A program made the translations under genes and the position numbers. Of a stretch of DNA of 64,000 bases, positions 52,004 through 64,000 are shown piece after piece. Source of the stretch: the human T2T-CHM13v2.0 reference genome, Homo sapiens; assembly GCF_009914755.1 (NCBI RefSeq), contig NC_060926.1; one strand, written 5' to 3'. Numbering within the stretch: position 1 is the stretch's first letter; every line of letters starts with the position of its first letter. The notes below the pieces were generated by a model. That model made no database searches. It saw only the letters and a list, made by a program, of their open reading frames with translations, and was not told the DNA's origin.

Positions 52004-55000
52004 TTATATTAGTCAGGGTTGTCCATAAAAAGAGAACCAATAGGATGTATATATACATAAATATATTTATGATAAGCAATTGGCTCATGTGATTATGGAG
52101 GCTGAGAAGTGCCAAGATCTGCAAAGTTAATCAGCAAGCTGGAGACCCAGGAGAGCCAAAGGTATAATTTTAGACTGAGTTCAAAGGCCTGAGAATCAGG
52201 AGAGCCAATAGTGTAGTTCCAGTCCAAAGGCTGGTAGGCTGGAGATCCAGAAGAGCTAATGTTTCAGTTTGAGTCCAAAGGCAGGGAAAAGTTAATGTCC
52301 CAGTTCAAAGATAGGTGGGAGGAATTCTCTCTTACCCCAGGGTGAGTCAATCTTTTTGTTTCATTCAACTTGTTGGATAAGGCCCACCCACACTAGGGAG
52401 AGCAACCTGCTTTACTCAGTGTGCCAGTTTAAAAGTGAATCTCATCATAAACACCCTTCTCTCAGAACAATTTTTGACCAATAGCTAGGTACCTTATGGC
52501 TGCCGCTAACACGTCATTAGATCTGTTGCATGATATGATCCAAATGGCAGAGCAGCTTGCATGGCAGCCTGGACCTGTTGCAGAGCCTTCTCTTGTTCTG
52601 GGCCCCACTCAAAACTGGCAGCTTTTTGAGTCATCCAGTAAATGGGCCAGAATAACACACCCAAAGGAGGAACAGATTACCTCCAAAATCCAAAGAGGCC
52701 CAGCTGTGGTTATTTCTCCAGGTGTTGTATCTCTTTTTTGTTGTAGGAGAAGCCAGATGCAACAACCCATCCTTCACTGTATACAGGATGTCACCACCCA
52801 TACCATGGACCCCTAGAAATTTCACTGAGGTAGAAGGCCCTTGAATTTTTGTCATATTTATTTCCCACTCTCTGACACAAAAATGTCTTATCAGTAAGTC
52901 TAGAGTAGTTGCTACTTCTTGCTCACCAAGTCCAATCAGCATGTCATCAATAAAACGGACCAGTCTGCTATTTTGTGGAAGAAAAAGGCAATCAAGATCC
53001 CTGGGAACTAAATTGTAATGTAGGGCTAGAAAGCTGATATACCCCTAAGTTAGGACAGTGAAGGTGTATTGCTCACCTTGTCAGCCAAAAGCAAACTGCT
53101 CCTGATGGTCTTTATTAGCAGGTATGGAGAAATAAGCATTTGCCAGATCTGTAGCTGCACATCAGATACCAGGGGATATGTTAATTTGCTCAAACAATGA
53201 AACCACATCTAGTATAGCAGCTGCAATTGAAGTTGTCACTTGGCTAAGCTCACAAGAATCCACTGTGATTCTCTAATATCCATCTGTCTTCTTCACAGGC
53301 CAAATATGGGAGTTAAATGGAGATGTGGTAGGAATCGCCATTCCTGTGTTTTTCAGGTCCCTGATGGTGGCACTAATCTCTGCAATTCCTCCATGCAGTA
53401 TTGCTTTCAGTTTACTACTTTCATAGATGGAGGGAGTTCTATGGCGTCTTCTTGGCCTTTCCCAAAATAAAAGCCTTCATTCCACAGATCAGGAAAGCAA
53501 TGATTCTGCCAGTTACTGAGAATATCTATTCCAATTATGCATCCTAGAACCAGGGAAATAACCACTGGATATGTTCAGGGACCCACAGAGCCAACTGTGA
53601 GATGGACCTTAGCCAAAACTCTACTGATCAGTTGAGCTCCATAAGTCCTTACTCATTGATGGATCACAGTGACATTCAGAGTCCTCTGGAATTAGTGTTA
53701 GTTCAGAGACAGTGTCTAGTAGTCCCCAAAAGCTCTGATTGTTCCCTTCTCCCCAGTGCACAAATACCACGGTAAAAGGCCATAGGTCCCTTTGGGGAAG
53801 GCTGGGAGAAATACTAACAGCATAAATTTTTGGAAGTATACTAGGGTCCTTCCTTGAAGGACCTCCCTTTCATTAAAGGAGTTCTGAGTCTGTAAAGTAG
53901 CTCAAGTCTGGGAATTGATTGAGAGGCCATGACTCTGTTTTTATGATGCAGGTTAGACTTTTGTTCCCTCGACCCAGAACTTTTCTGCTTATACAGATGA
54001 GGTTAGAATTTAGTAGGCTTCCTATCTACTCATGTCTAGGAACACATGATCAGACAGCCAACACCACAGGTTTATACTAGCAAGACTATTCTGATTGCTT
54101 CTTTGATTCTACTGTCCATTATGGTAACCATGCCCACCTTGCCTTTGGTAGTTGAGTATCTTCACTTGGTTCCTGCCACCCTGGGACCCAATTACTCCCA
54201 TTGCATTTAAGTTTCCCAATTCAGTGACTGCAGGTGCCACTGTAAAGTCTGGCCCACAGGGAAGAGCAATCACAGAGCTCTCCAAGGATGCCAGGATACC
54301 CTTCACAAACTCATTTCTCATAGTCATGGTAAAATGTGTGTCTTCTGGACCCTCCCAGGATGGGTGAGTCAATCTTAAATGGCAAGTCCACTCTGACATA
54401 ATTTCTCTGAGCCTCTAAAACCCTTCCTCTACATTAATCGAGCATTTCTAGCTAATTCACTGTGAGCCGTCTTTTGGTTCCTTTTTCAGTCATTCAAGTA
54501 AACAAGCTATGAGAGCCCTTTCTAACTCCCCAAGCTACAGCATTAAATGCAAAAATGTCTGCTTAGGCCAGCTGCAGTGGCTCACACCTGCAATCCCAGC
54601 ACTTTCGGAGTCTGAAGTGGTGGATCACTTGAGCGCAGGAGTTCGAGACCAGCCTGGGCAACATGGCAAAACCCTGTCTCTACAAAAAATACAAAAATTA
54701 GCCAAACGTGGTAACAAATGCCTGTATTTCCAGCTACTTGGGAGGCTGAGGAGGGAGGATTGATTGAGCCTCAAGAGGTCAAGGCTGCAGTGAGCCATGA
54801 TCTGTTGCCTAGGCAACAGAACAAGACCCTGTCTCCAAAAAAATAAATAAATAAAAATAATCTCTGTTTAGTAAGTCCATATCAATAAACTCAGCCTGAT
54901 CCAACTTTATGTTCCTTCCACCATCATCCCCTGCCCTTAATATCCATCCCTATACATGTTCTCCAGATTTCTGTCTATATAAATTTAAAAACTCAAATAG

Positions 55001-55020
55001 TTCTTTTGGAGTATATATGG
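52004..55020 (-). mobile_element. ERVL provirus remnant: MLT2 LTR (~52004-52495) plus gag/pro/RT fragments
   Basis: RT .FIDDMLIG..EQEVATTL..KIQGPSTSVKFLG (ORF 52631..52942); protease GLLDT.SELTLIP near 53700; gag-like ORF 54109..54399. Confidence 0.88.
54566..54860 (+). mobile_element. Alu (AluJ-like) in ERVL gag
   Basis: Dimeric Alu; aat.tctg.tta flanks. Confidence 0.88.
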
Positions 55021-56605
55021 AGTACATTCCTGAGAACCCAAAGGAGTAAAATTTGCTCACATTTGAGAAGCATAAACCTACAATGACGATGATGGTAATG
55101 AAAAATATTTATTAATTTTATAAATAGGTAACAACTAATTAGGCATTTTGCTATTTGCTCCCATGTTCTAAGTACTTTACATGTAACTTATTTAATCATT
55201 ATAGTAACTCAATTGGGTAGTTTTAATTTTTATCCCATTCAACAAATGAAGCATAAAGAGCCTAAGTAACTTGCCCAAGGTCATATAGGATGTAAGCCCA
55301 TGCAGTCTGGCTCTAGGGCCTGAACTCTCAATCACCGTATCTTGCCCCTGCCAACTCCTCTAGCTCATCCCTCATTGCTCTCCTCCTTGCTCCATCTCTT
55401 AGCCACTCTCAACTAAAGACTGTTCTCTAACATAATAGAGTCTCTTATGGCTCCCTGCTTTTACTTCTGTGCTCTATCAAGAGAATGTGTCCCCTCACTC
55501 CTCCAAAATCAGCCAGATGCACTACTACCACTTTTACAAGTCTCACTCCAAGCACTTTCTTTTGTGGAGCCTTACTTGATCATTCTTTCCTCCCCAACTT
55601 CCCTGACAAGAATTAGAAGCTCCTTGGCATCCCACAGTTCTTTATGTTTGGCTCTTGAAGGGCTTTTATTCCATTGGCATCATCATAGTAATTATTTTTT
55701 ATGTTATTTTGCATTAAACCACGAGCTACTCAAGGGCAAGGAGAAGGCCTCAGATGTCTTTGTATTTGCCATGACTTGGGGATATAGCAGACATTCAATA
55801 AATGTTTATTTAATAAATGTATGAAGAAGAAAGGTAAACATAAGAAAAAGTTCAGCTTTACTATTTCAACAAATCACCAATATCAAATAGATAAAGTATT
55901 TTAATGATAATATCCAGTGTTGGTGAGACTACGGGAAAATAAGCACTTCAGAGCACAATTTCCCGTTCAACACCTAATTCCCTCAATCCCATTTCAGCTT
56001 TTTTCCATTTCTTATTCTTGGATAACACCATAGATTAAATCTCTTTCTCAGGTGCTCATTTTTCTATAATCTATTTTTATTGTTGAAATTTCAAGATTGA
56101 TTAGCATACTATATTTTAAGTTACTTTTGGTTTGCTAATGACATTTGTTTTACCATAGACTTTTTACAGATGATTTTGTAGCAATTGGAGTGGTGTGGAG
56201 GTAAGGGTAACATTACTATACCGCAGAGCAGAAAACTGATAACTATCAGACAGTCTTATGTTAAGTCTCTCACCTCTTTTCCCAAAAGGGGTATCTCCTT
56301 GGCCTGCTTTCCTTATTAAGCTACTCCTCCCTTCCCTCCTTCAGCCATGAACTTGGCACTCCTTCTCTTCTTTTATCTCCATACGTCCTCAACTCCTCTA
56401 TCCAGGGCTATATCCAGAAATTCAAAATTTCTCCCTGTTATTAAGCAAAACAATTCACTACTCTCTTCACCTCAGAGTCTACCCCATCCTGGCCATGTCC
56501 TGGGGACTTCTTAAAATAACTCCACCAAAATGCTCCACCAAATGGATTAAAATTGTTTTAAGTGCCACATGATCTGACCATATTAACGAGACTTAAAACA
56601 CTTAC

Positions 56606-56685
56606 GTCACGGGATCTGTTCTTTCTGGAGGTGGTGCAAGATTCATAAACATGGATGGCTCAGTAATTTTCTGAAGAGGTTTTAA
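56606..56685 (-). CDS. C2CD6: C2CD6 coding exon (80 nt, LKPLQKITEPSMFMNLAPPPERTDPV+AC)
   Basis: tttttcag|TTA AAA CCT...GTG AC|gtaag; phase 0/2. Confidence 0.92.
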
Positions 56686-58099
56686 CTGAAAAAAATGTAA
56701 GTGTATTTTAGCACTGTTTAGTTTCAATTAAAACTCACTAATTGTAATACCATACCATATTGATACCATAATGCTATGAATACCCCAGGACTATGAAATA
56801 GGCCTTAAATGAGACATGTAAGGAAATAAGGAATTAAGAGAGGAAAGAAGACACTAACATTTATTGGGTACTAAATATTTGCCAAGCATTTTATTATACT
56901 TTTAATCTTATTTAACCATCTCAATAAACCTACACGGTAAGTAACTAAGCATATTCTACAGATGATACTGAAGATCAGTAATTTGTTCAAGGCTACACAG
57001 TAGGCAAGAGTCAGGACTTGAATGTAGCTTTATCTGCCCCCAATGTAGTGCCCTGTTTACAGTATCACGATAGGTTAAGTAGGGGACAATATCACTGAAA
57101 AGTTCACAGACATAAAATCAAGTTTTTATTTTGAACTTTTATTATATATCCTATTCTTTTCCATACAATTCCTTTGTTCCTGGTTTTTAGTAGATTCCAC
57201 CTACATAAAATAATACTTGCCCAGTTTTATCTGAAAAGAATATCTCTCCTTAAAAATGGCTATTACTATATATTATACTTGTGTTCAGACACAAAACCTA
57301 CCTCTGGAGTTGGTGCTCATAAGCTATAACTGTCACAAAAGGAGTAAACAATTAGGGGTCCCTATAAGGCCTAATTACAATAAGAAATTTAAAAAATAAC
57401 AGAAGAAAAAGTAAAAAATCAAAGCAGAGAAGGGAAAAAAAAAGCTTGTTCCTTGTGGCTTTCATCTGTATATTACTTCTGATTCAAAATGTATTAAACA
57501 TCATTATAACATAATATAGGCACAATTTTAAAACATATTACAGAGATTTCTCAGTTAACACAGCGGTAGACTTGTTAAATAAGGCTGATGTCTTCACTCT
57601 CAATTCCTAATTTAAAAAGACCCAAAACTTTAGAAAGGAAAAACTGAAAGTGAAAAATGATATGCAAATAAAGGTCATTTCCCCTATATAACAGCAGCAC
57701 TAAGAGGACTGCATTTTTGAATACCACAAAACTGGTGACACCCAGGAATATTAAGAGTTCTTTCAATATTTGATGAGAGTATATATTGGTACAACTTTTC
57801 TAGAATAATTCCTTGAAAAGGTCATTGTTTTGGACAAGAATTTCCTTTCTAGGAATCTGGCCTAAGGATATAATGAGAGAAAAGGATATAAGTTAGTACA
57901 TAAAAGTATTTGTGGCAATGTGGACCTATGGCAGTGAATTTAAAGGAGGAAGTCAAAATTAGGAAGATATCTTCTTTGGGTTTATTAGTCTCTTGATGAA
58001 TCAAGGAGAGTTCAAATAGCACCAGATGTTGAAATAACTGTGGAGGAAAGGACCATATGAGTACAAAATATTATCTGAATTAGATCAATTACTCCATTT

Positions 58100-58208
58100 T
58101 GTTTTCTCAGGGCAGGATCTCACTATATTGCCCAGGCTGACTCAAGTGATCCTCCGGCTTCAGCCTCCAGAGTAGCTAGGATTACAGGTGTGAGCCACCA
58201 GGCCAGGC
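58100..58208 (-). mobile_element. Alu monomer fragment (FLAM-like)
   Basis: Short left-arm-like sequence. Confidence 0.7.
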
Positions 58209-58313
58209 AATTACTCAATTTTTAAAAACTATTTTTAGATGCAGAAATCCACACTGATTTCTTGAATACTTGTGTTTCAAATTACATCAACATGTATGTG
58301 TACACACAAATAA

Positions 58314-58621
<308 letters not shown>

Positions 58622-58873
58622 TAAAATCAAGTTTTATAATAAAGACATTTTGAATAAAATATCATTGCTTTAAAATGTATAAACAAATCATAGTAAAGTC
58701 TCATCTTTCTTTAGGCTGAAGAGAAGCCCACATACCTCAAAGTCGGGAGGTAAAGAAGCATCTTTTAAAAATATTTATTTTAAACAATTGTTCAAACTGA
58801 AATAGAGCCTCAGAAGAGGACGATTTGACTGAAGAGTTACAACAGAATAATCTTTTAAAAGAGGGGAACTAAC

Positions 58874-58942
58874 CTGATGTGAAAATCCATAACCAAAGTT
58901 TCCATAGGAGAACATAAATTCCACCTCCAGCCTGCAGACAAA
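58874..58942 (-). CDS. C2CD6: C2CD6 coding exon (69 nt, FVCRLEVEFMFSYGNFGYGFSHQ)
   Basis: tttag|TTT GTC TGC...CAT CAG|gttag; 23 codons, phase 0/0. Confidence 0.9.
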
Positions 58943-59699
58943 CTAAACATGTGATAAATTTTATTGTTTGATCAGGATGATATTTTAATGGAGAAGGGAC
59001 AAAAAGTGATATTTTTACCTTACAAATCTGTAAGTTAGAAAAGCCAAAGTATGAATCTCCTGACTTTTAAAAAAGCGTTTACACAAGGAACTCCTACAGA
59101 AGAATTTATTGAGTTCCTGAAATGTTAAAACCCTTTATGTTAAAGTTAAGTAGTATTATACAATTAAAATATGGAAAATATCAACTTCTAATTGTTACTG
59201 GGATTACACTGAGATGCTGACATACATATATACACGTGATTCATACATGTGTATGAATATACAAATATACATTCATGTATGTATATTTTTAATTATTTAC
59301 TCACACTCCTCTCACCTCCAGTCCCAGTTTCAGATAAAATTTTGATTTAGACAAGTGATTTCACTTCTCTGAAACCCAGGTTGATAAAGGAGGGCATGAG
59401 AGGTAATAAAGTCAAGTGTCCATCTTTCTGTTTTTTATGTTCCTAGCCCCTGTTTTGGCCACTGGCAGCAAAAGCCTCTCTGAATAGAAAGATCAATTAA
59501 TCCAACTACTAATTTTAAGCACTTAAAAAGAAATTAAATTAAGAACTGCAAACAACTCTTTAGAAACGCTCCAGAGAGAAAAATAATACTTCCTCAATTT
59601 AGCAAGTGAGGCTCCTGAGGCTATGCATGTCAAGGCAGCAGCCAGAGGCATTCTACTCTCTTACCCAATGATTTCTAATTTTCTTTATCACCATTTAGC

Positions 59700-59766
59700 A
59701 AAAAAAAAAAAAAAAAAGAAGAAGAAGAAGAAGAGGAGGAGGAAGAGGAGGAGGAGAAGGAGGAGA
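59700..59766 (+). repeat. Poly-purine tract A18-(GAA)n-(GAG)n
   Basis: Directly visible. Confidence 0.9.
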
Positions 59767-59949
59767 TTTTTGTTAGTTAATATTGTACTTTCTATTTCAT
59801 ACATTTCTACTATTTCAAACAGTGACTGGTATGGTAACTAAAAGAATAAAAACATGTAGGCTACAAATAATATCAGAGTAAAGTTACATGAAATGTTAAG
59901 AATATATTACATGCACATAAAACTTAGGAAGTTTCAGTAAAGTCCTTAC

Positions 59950-59994
59950 TATGTTTCCATGCAACACTTGGACCTCTTCAATGAAGCACCCTTT
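59950..59994 (-). CDS. C2CD6: C2CD6 coding exon (45 nt, KGCFIEEVQVLHGNI)
   Basis: Minus strand ttctag|AAA GGG TGC...AAC ATA|gtaag; phase 0/0; peptide matches my recollection of ALS2CR11/C2CD6 and joins the next exon in frame. Confidence 0.9.
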
Positions 59995-60060
59995 CTAGAA
60001 AAAAAAATAAAAATTTTAAATATAGAATTACCCATGTATTTCCCTGTATATTATCGAAAC

Positions 60061-60587
60061 CAAGGGTCCCCAACCCCTAGGCCATGGACTGGTGCTGGTC
60101 CATGGCCCATTAGGAACTGGGCTGCACAGCAGGAAATGAGTGGTGGGCAAGCGAGCAAAGCTTCATCTGTATTTACAGCCACTTCTCATCACTCACATTA
60201 CCGCCTGAGCTTCACCTCCTGCCAGATCAGTGGGGGCATTAGATTCTCATCAGAGCACAAAACCTATTGTGAACTATGCATGCAAGGGATCTAGGTTGCA
60301 TGCTCCTTATGAGAATCTAATGCCTGATTATCTGTCACTGCCTCCCATCGTCCCCAGATGGGACTGTCTAGTTGCAGGAAACCAAGCTCAGGGCTCCCAC
60401 TGATTCTACGTTCTGATGAGTTGTATAATTATTTCATTATATATTACCATGTAATAATAATAGAAATAAAGTGCACAATAAATGTAATGCACTTGAACCA
60501 TCTCGACCCACCCTCCCCATGCTGGTCTGTGGAAAAATTTGCTTCCACAAAACCAGTCCCTGGTGCCAAAAAGATTGGGGACCAATG
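60061..60587 (+). mobile_element. MER1A-like hAT/Charlie MITE
   Basis: TIRs caagggtccccaacc ... gattggggaccaatg; 8-bp flanks atcgaaac/acctaaac. Confidence 0.85.
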
Positions 60588-60812
60588 ACCTAAACCACAA
60601 ATCAGGTAATAATTTTTCAAATGCACATATGAACCTAATAGCCAAAGTACAAACATAAGGAATGTTCAAAAGAAGAAAATAAAAATTCCAAGTTCAAGTA
60701 ACAGAAATAAATGTATTTTTATTATGTTGTAGACAAAAATGTTCCTGCTAAGTTACAGTTCCCCTTTTTGAAAGTCTTAAAGGAACTGCCATGCCCACAT
60801 TGTTTTTGAGGG

Positions 60813-61502
60813 TGTATCGAGCATCCTTGCCATAACTAACTCCATCTTAGAAAAAGACTCCATTTTATATTTCGTAGGGCACTTTGCCAACAAGGATAAG
60901 ATGTTTTGTTTAAGGCATAAATAAAAAAATAAAGACTATGTTCAACCAGATAAGGACAGAAACAAGCATACTCTTCCACTGTTTTCAGCAGAGGACTCTG
61001 TGACTATAAAAGATTAGGCTTTCAGCAGCTCGAAACAGCCATCTTAACTGACACCATCTTACAGTCACTTGTGATAAGAACTTGACTTCTGCCACTGAAG
61101 GTTCTGCAACCTCAGACTCTTCCTTGCAAGACCAATGGACTGCCCAGCCCAGACCAGGGCTCCTTTTGTCTTCTTTGCTCCCCATAGGCCAGTTCGTTAA
61201 CCTTTTCTCCTATTTCTTTTTCCTCTTGATATTAAATGTTACTTTGTTGTGGAATGTAATGTTTACATACTAAGTGTACTATTATGTATGTTTGCAATAT
61301 TGACTGACTTGTGGAGTGGCTTGAGCCTGTGTGCCCACGGCACGCGGAGTGAACGGGAGGTACTTAAGGAGAACTGGCTCCTTGGGAACTCCATGTAGCT
61401 TGTGGCTTTTGTGATTGAAATAGCATTAATAAAAGCCTGACATTGTGGAAAGACACAAACATGCATGGGCCTGGTTACCTCTAACCTTGCACCCTCCTAA
61501 GA
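60813..61502 (+). mobile_element. ERV1-class solo LTR (LTR10-like; subfamily uncertain)
   Basis: TG start; 5-bp TSD gaggg (60808-60812, 61503-61507); tataaaa near 61005; attaaa/aataaa signals. Confidence 0.7.
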
Positions 61503-61659
61503 GAGGGGTTACTTAAACATAATTCTATATGATAAGCTGAGTCCCGATAGGACTGAGTACTTCTCGCATCTCTCAGGGATGGCTGGATCTTTTAAACCAC
61601 GTTAACCTTTGGTATCCCTGCTCAATATCTATAGTCATCTCTGCTGTAATGAGTAGGTC

Positions 61660-61986
61660 CACAATTTTCCAGAAACTTTTTGAGTGCCAAAATGACACAG
61701 AAGTAAAAAAACTCCATACTTGGCCTATGTGACAGACAAGTCACAATCAATATACAATGAAGACTTTGTTTCATGCACAAAATTATTTAAAATATTGTAT
61801 AAAATTACCACCAGCCTATGTATATAAGATGTATATGAAACATAAATGAACTTCATGTTTAGACTTGGGTCCCATCCTCAAGCTATCTCATTATGTATAT
61901 GCAAATATTCCAACATCAAAAAAAAAATTAGAAGTCCAAAATGCCTCTGGTCCCAGGCTTTTTCAGATAAGTGATATTTAACCCGT
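61660..61986 (+). mobile_element. Tigger4/MER46 (Zombi)-like MITE
   Basis: ...gtttagacttgggtcccatcc...tggtcccaggc...gataagtgatatttaacccg+TA. Confidence 0.75.
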
Positions 61987-61989
61987 ACA

Positions 61990-62685
61990 GACATTCTGGA
62001 AAATACTATGGGTGTTCCTCAAAAAATTAAAAATATCATTACTATATGATCCAGCAATCTCACTTCGAGTATACATTTAAAGGGATTGAAATCAGTATGT
62101 CAAAGAGATATCTGCACTCATGTCAGCACGATAGCCAAGATATGGAAGCAACCTAGTGTTCATCACCAAATGAACAGATGAATATGTGCTGTATATACAT
62201 ACATGCAATGGAATACTATGCAGCTTTAAAATAAAAGGAAATTCTGTCATTTGTGACATGGATAAAACTGGAGAATTTTATTCTAAGTGAAATAAGCCAG
62301 GCACAGAAAGACAAACACTGTATGATCTCACTTATCTGTGGAACCTAAAAAAGTCAATCTCATAGAAACAGTAGAAAGGTGGTTACCAGAGGCTGGGGAG
62401 TAGGGGTAGGAATGGAGAAAGGGAAGATGTGTATAAAGTTAGACTGGAGGAGCAGGTTCTAGTGATCTCCTGCACTGCCTGGTTAATAGTAACGTATTGT
62501 ATATTTCAAAACTGCTGAATAAAATAGATTTTCATCATCCTCATTATAAAAAAAGATAAGTTGGTGAGGTGATGGAAATATTAATTGGTTTGATTGAATC
62601 TTTTTCAGTGTATACATAGATCAAAACATCACATTGTACCCCATAAATATATACTGTATTTATCAAGTAAAAATAAATAATCAGC
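61990..62685 (+). mobile_element. L1MA 3' end
   Basis: ORF2 tail and 3'UTR ending in acatcacattgtaccccataaatatatac...aaaataaataa. Confidence 0.8.
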
Positions 62686-63914
62686 TAAAAAATTAATTTA
62701 TGGGCAAACAGAGGAATACACCCATATGGAATTGTATGCAGCAGCAAAAAATTAACACTAGCTAAGTGTATTAATATTAGAAACATACTACATTTAGAAA
62801 TATAATATTTCTATAATCATACATAAGTAGTAAAGCTATGAAAAATAAGGGAATAATAAATACAAAGTTTTGGATAATCATTTTTTCTTGAGGGAGAGGG
62901 AGGAGACAGAAGATGGCATCAAGCAGCAACATAAAGACTTGAACTCTATTTTTATTATAATAAAACAGAGAAAATGCAAAAACCTTGCATTATAAAAGTC
63001 CTTTAGACCTCATCTTCTCCCTATGCTATATGCTGTGGTTGTCATATGCATTACCTCTCCAAACATTATAAACCGCACAGATCATGTTATAATTTTTACT
63101 TTAAATAGTCACACAAATTTTAACGGAAGTAATAAGAAAACCTCTAGCACCTCCATTCTGCTGTTGAGCCCATTCAGCAAATTTTTAATTTCAGATATTT
63201 TACTTTTCAGTTCCAGAATATGTATTTGGGTCTTTTTATATTTTCTATTTTTCTGTTTATGTTTATAAGAATGAATTGGAAAGAAACTCTGAACAATGAA
63301 ATGTTATATTAGAATTGTGGAATGATGGGTGATTTCTGAATTTTAAAAAATTTACCTTTGTATTTTAAAATATTAGCATATTATTCATGATCTTATAAAA
63401 ATAAATATTGAAAAGTTTGCATATATGCTTCTAGTCTAAGTATCTAAGCTTCTACATTTTCTTCAACAAAAATTAACTAATAAGTAATGTCACATTTTTT
63501 GATGCCTAAATTGCCATACAGTCAAAGGAACTTTAGTCATTTCCAAAGATCTTCTCCCAAAATATTTTTGAGAATCTCTGGTTGCTTACACTTATTCATT
63601 ACTCCATATGTTTATCCTTCTTCATCTCTTTCTATGTATTAGAAATTTATCTGATTTAACAGTATGCCATTTTTTAAAATCTCTGTGTGTGTATAGATAT
63701 GTTTGCTGATCTATTTATAAGTTGCAATCATCATTACTCTTCACTCCCAATGTTTACCTTGGATACTGTAAAAATAAGAAAATTCATACATATATATCCA
63801 CAATATCAGTATTATACCCAAGAAAATTAACAATTCTAGAATTTTTTCTAATATTCAGTAAATATTTATTAAATTTTCCTAATTGTCCCAAGAATGTCTT
63901 TTATTTATGTTTAT

Positions 63915-64000
63915 GTTTTATTTTTTGAGACAGGGTCTCACTCTGTTGCCCAGGCTGGGGTGCAGTGGTGCAATCATGGCTCACTGCAGCCTCGACCTCA
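63915..64000 (-). mobile_element. Alu (cut by the window edge)
   Basis: T-rich tail then gagacagggtctcactctgttgcccaggctgg. Confidence 0.85.

Noticed and set aside
59623-59841. Poly-K/R protamine-like peptide
   Set aside because: Artefact of translating the A/GAA/GAG purine tract on the strand opposite the gene.

Overview
Primate, very probably human, nuclear DNA. It is mostly intron, from a minus-strand gene I recognise as C2CD6 (ALS2CR11/CATSPERT, a CatSper-associated sperm C2-domain protein). Eight coding exons lie between 59994 and 20812; all have GT-AG boundaries and splice into one open frame. The rest is mainly nested transposon sequence: a full-length old L1PA inside an L1M, a full-length Tigger1, ERVL/MaLR remnants, more than 20 Alus and a young 5'-truncated SVA. 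The most notable feature is a ~9 kb intronic NUMT (about 34025-43085) in intact mitochondrial order, from the COX1 3' end to ND5, with eight tRNA relics. Its COX2, ATP8 and ATP6 read like non-anthropoid mammalian mtDNA rather than human mtDNA, and a Tigger2-family DNA transposon is inserted in it, so it looks like a fossil of an early primate mitochondrial genome. I see no convincing undescribed protein-coding system. Repeat subfamily names and reference-protein comparisons are from memory and were not database-checked.
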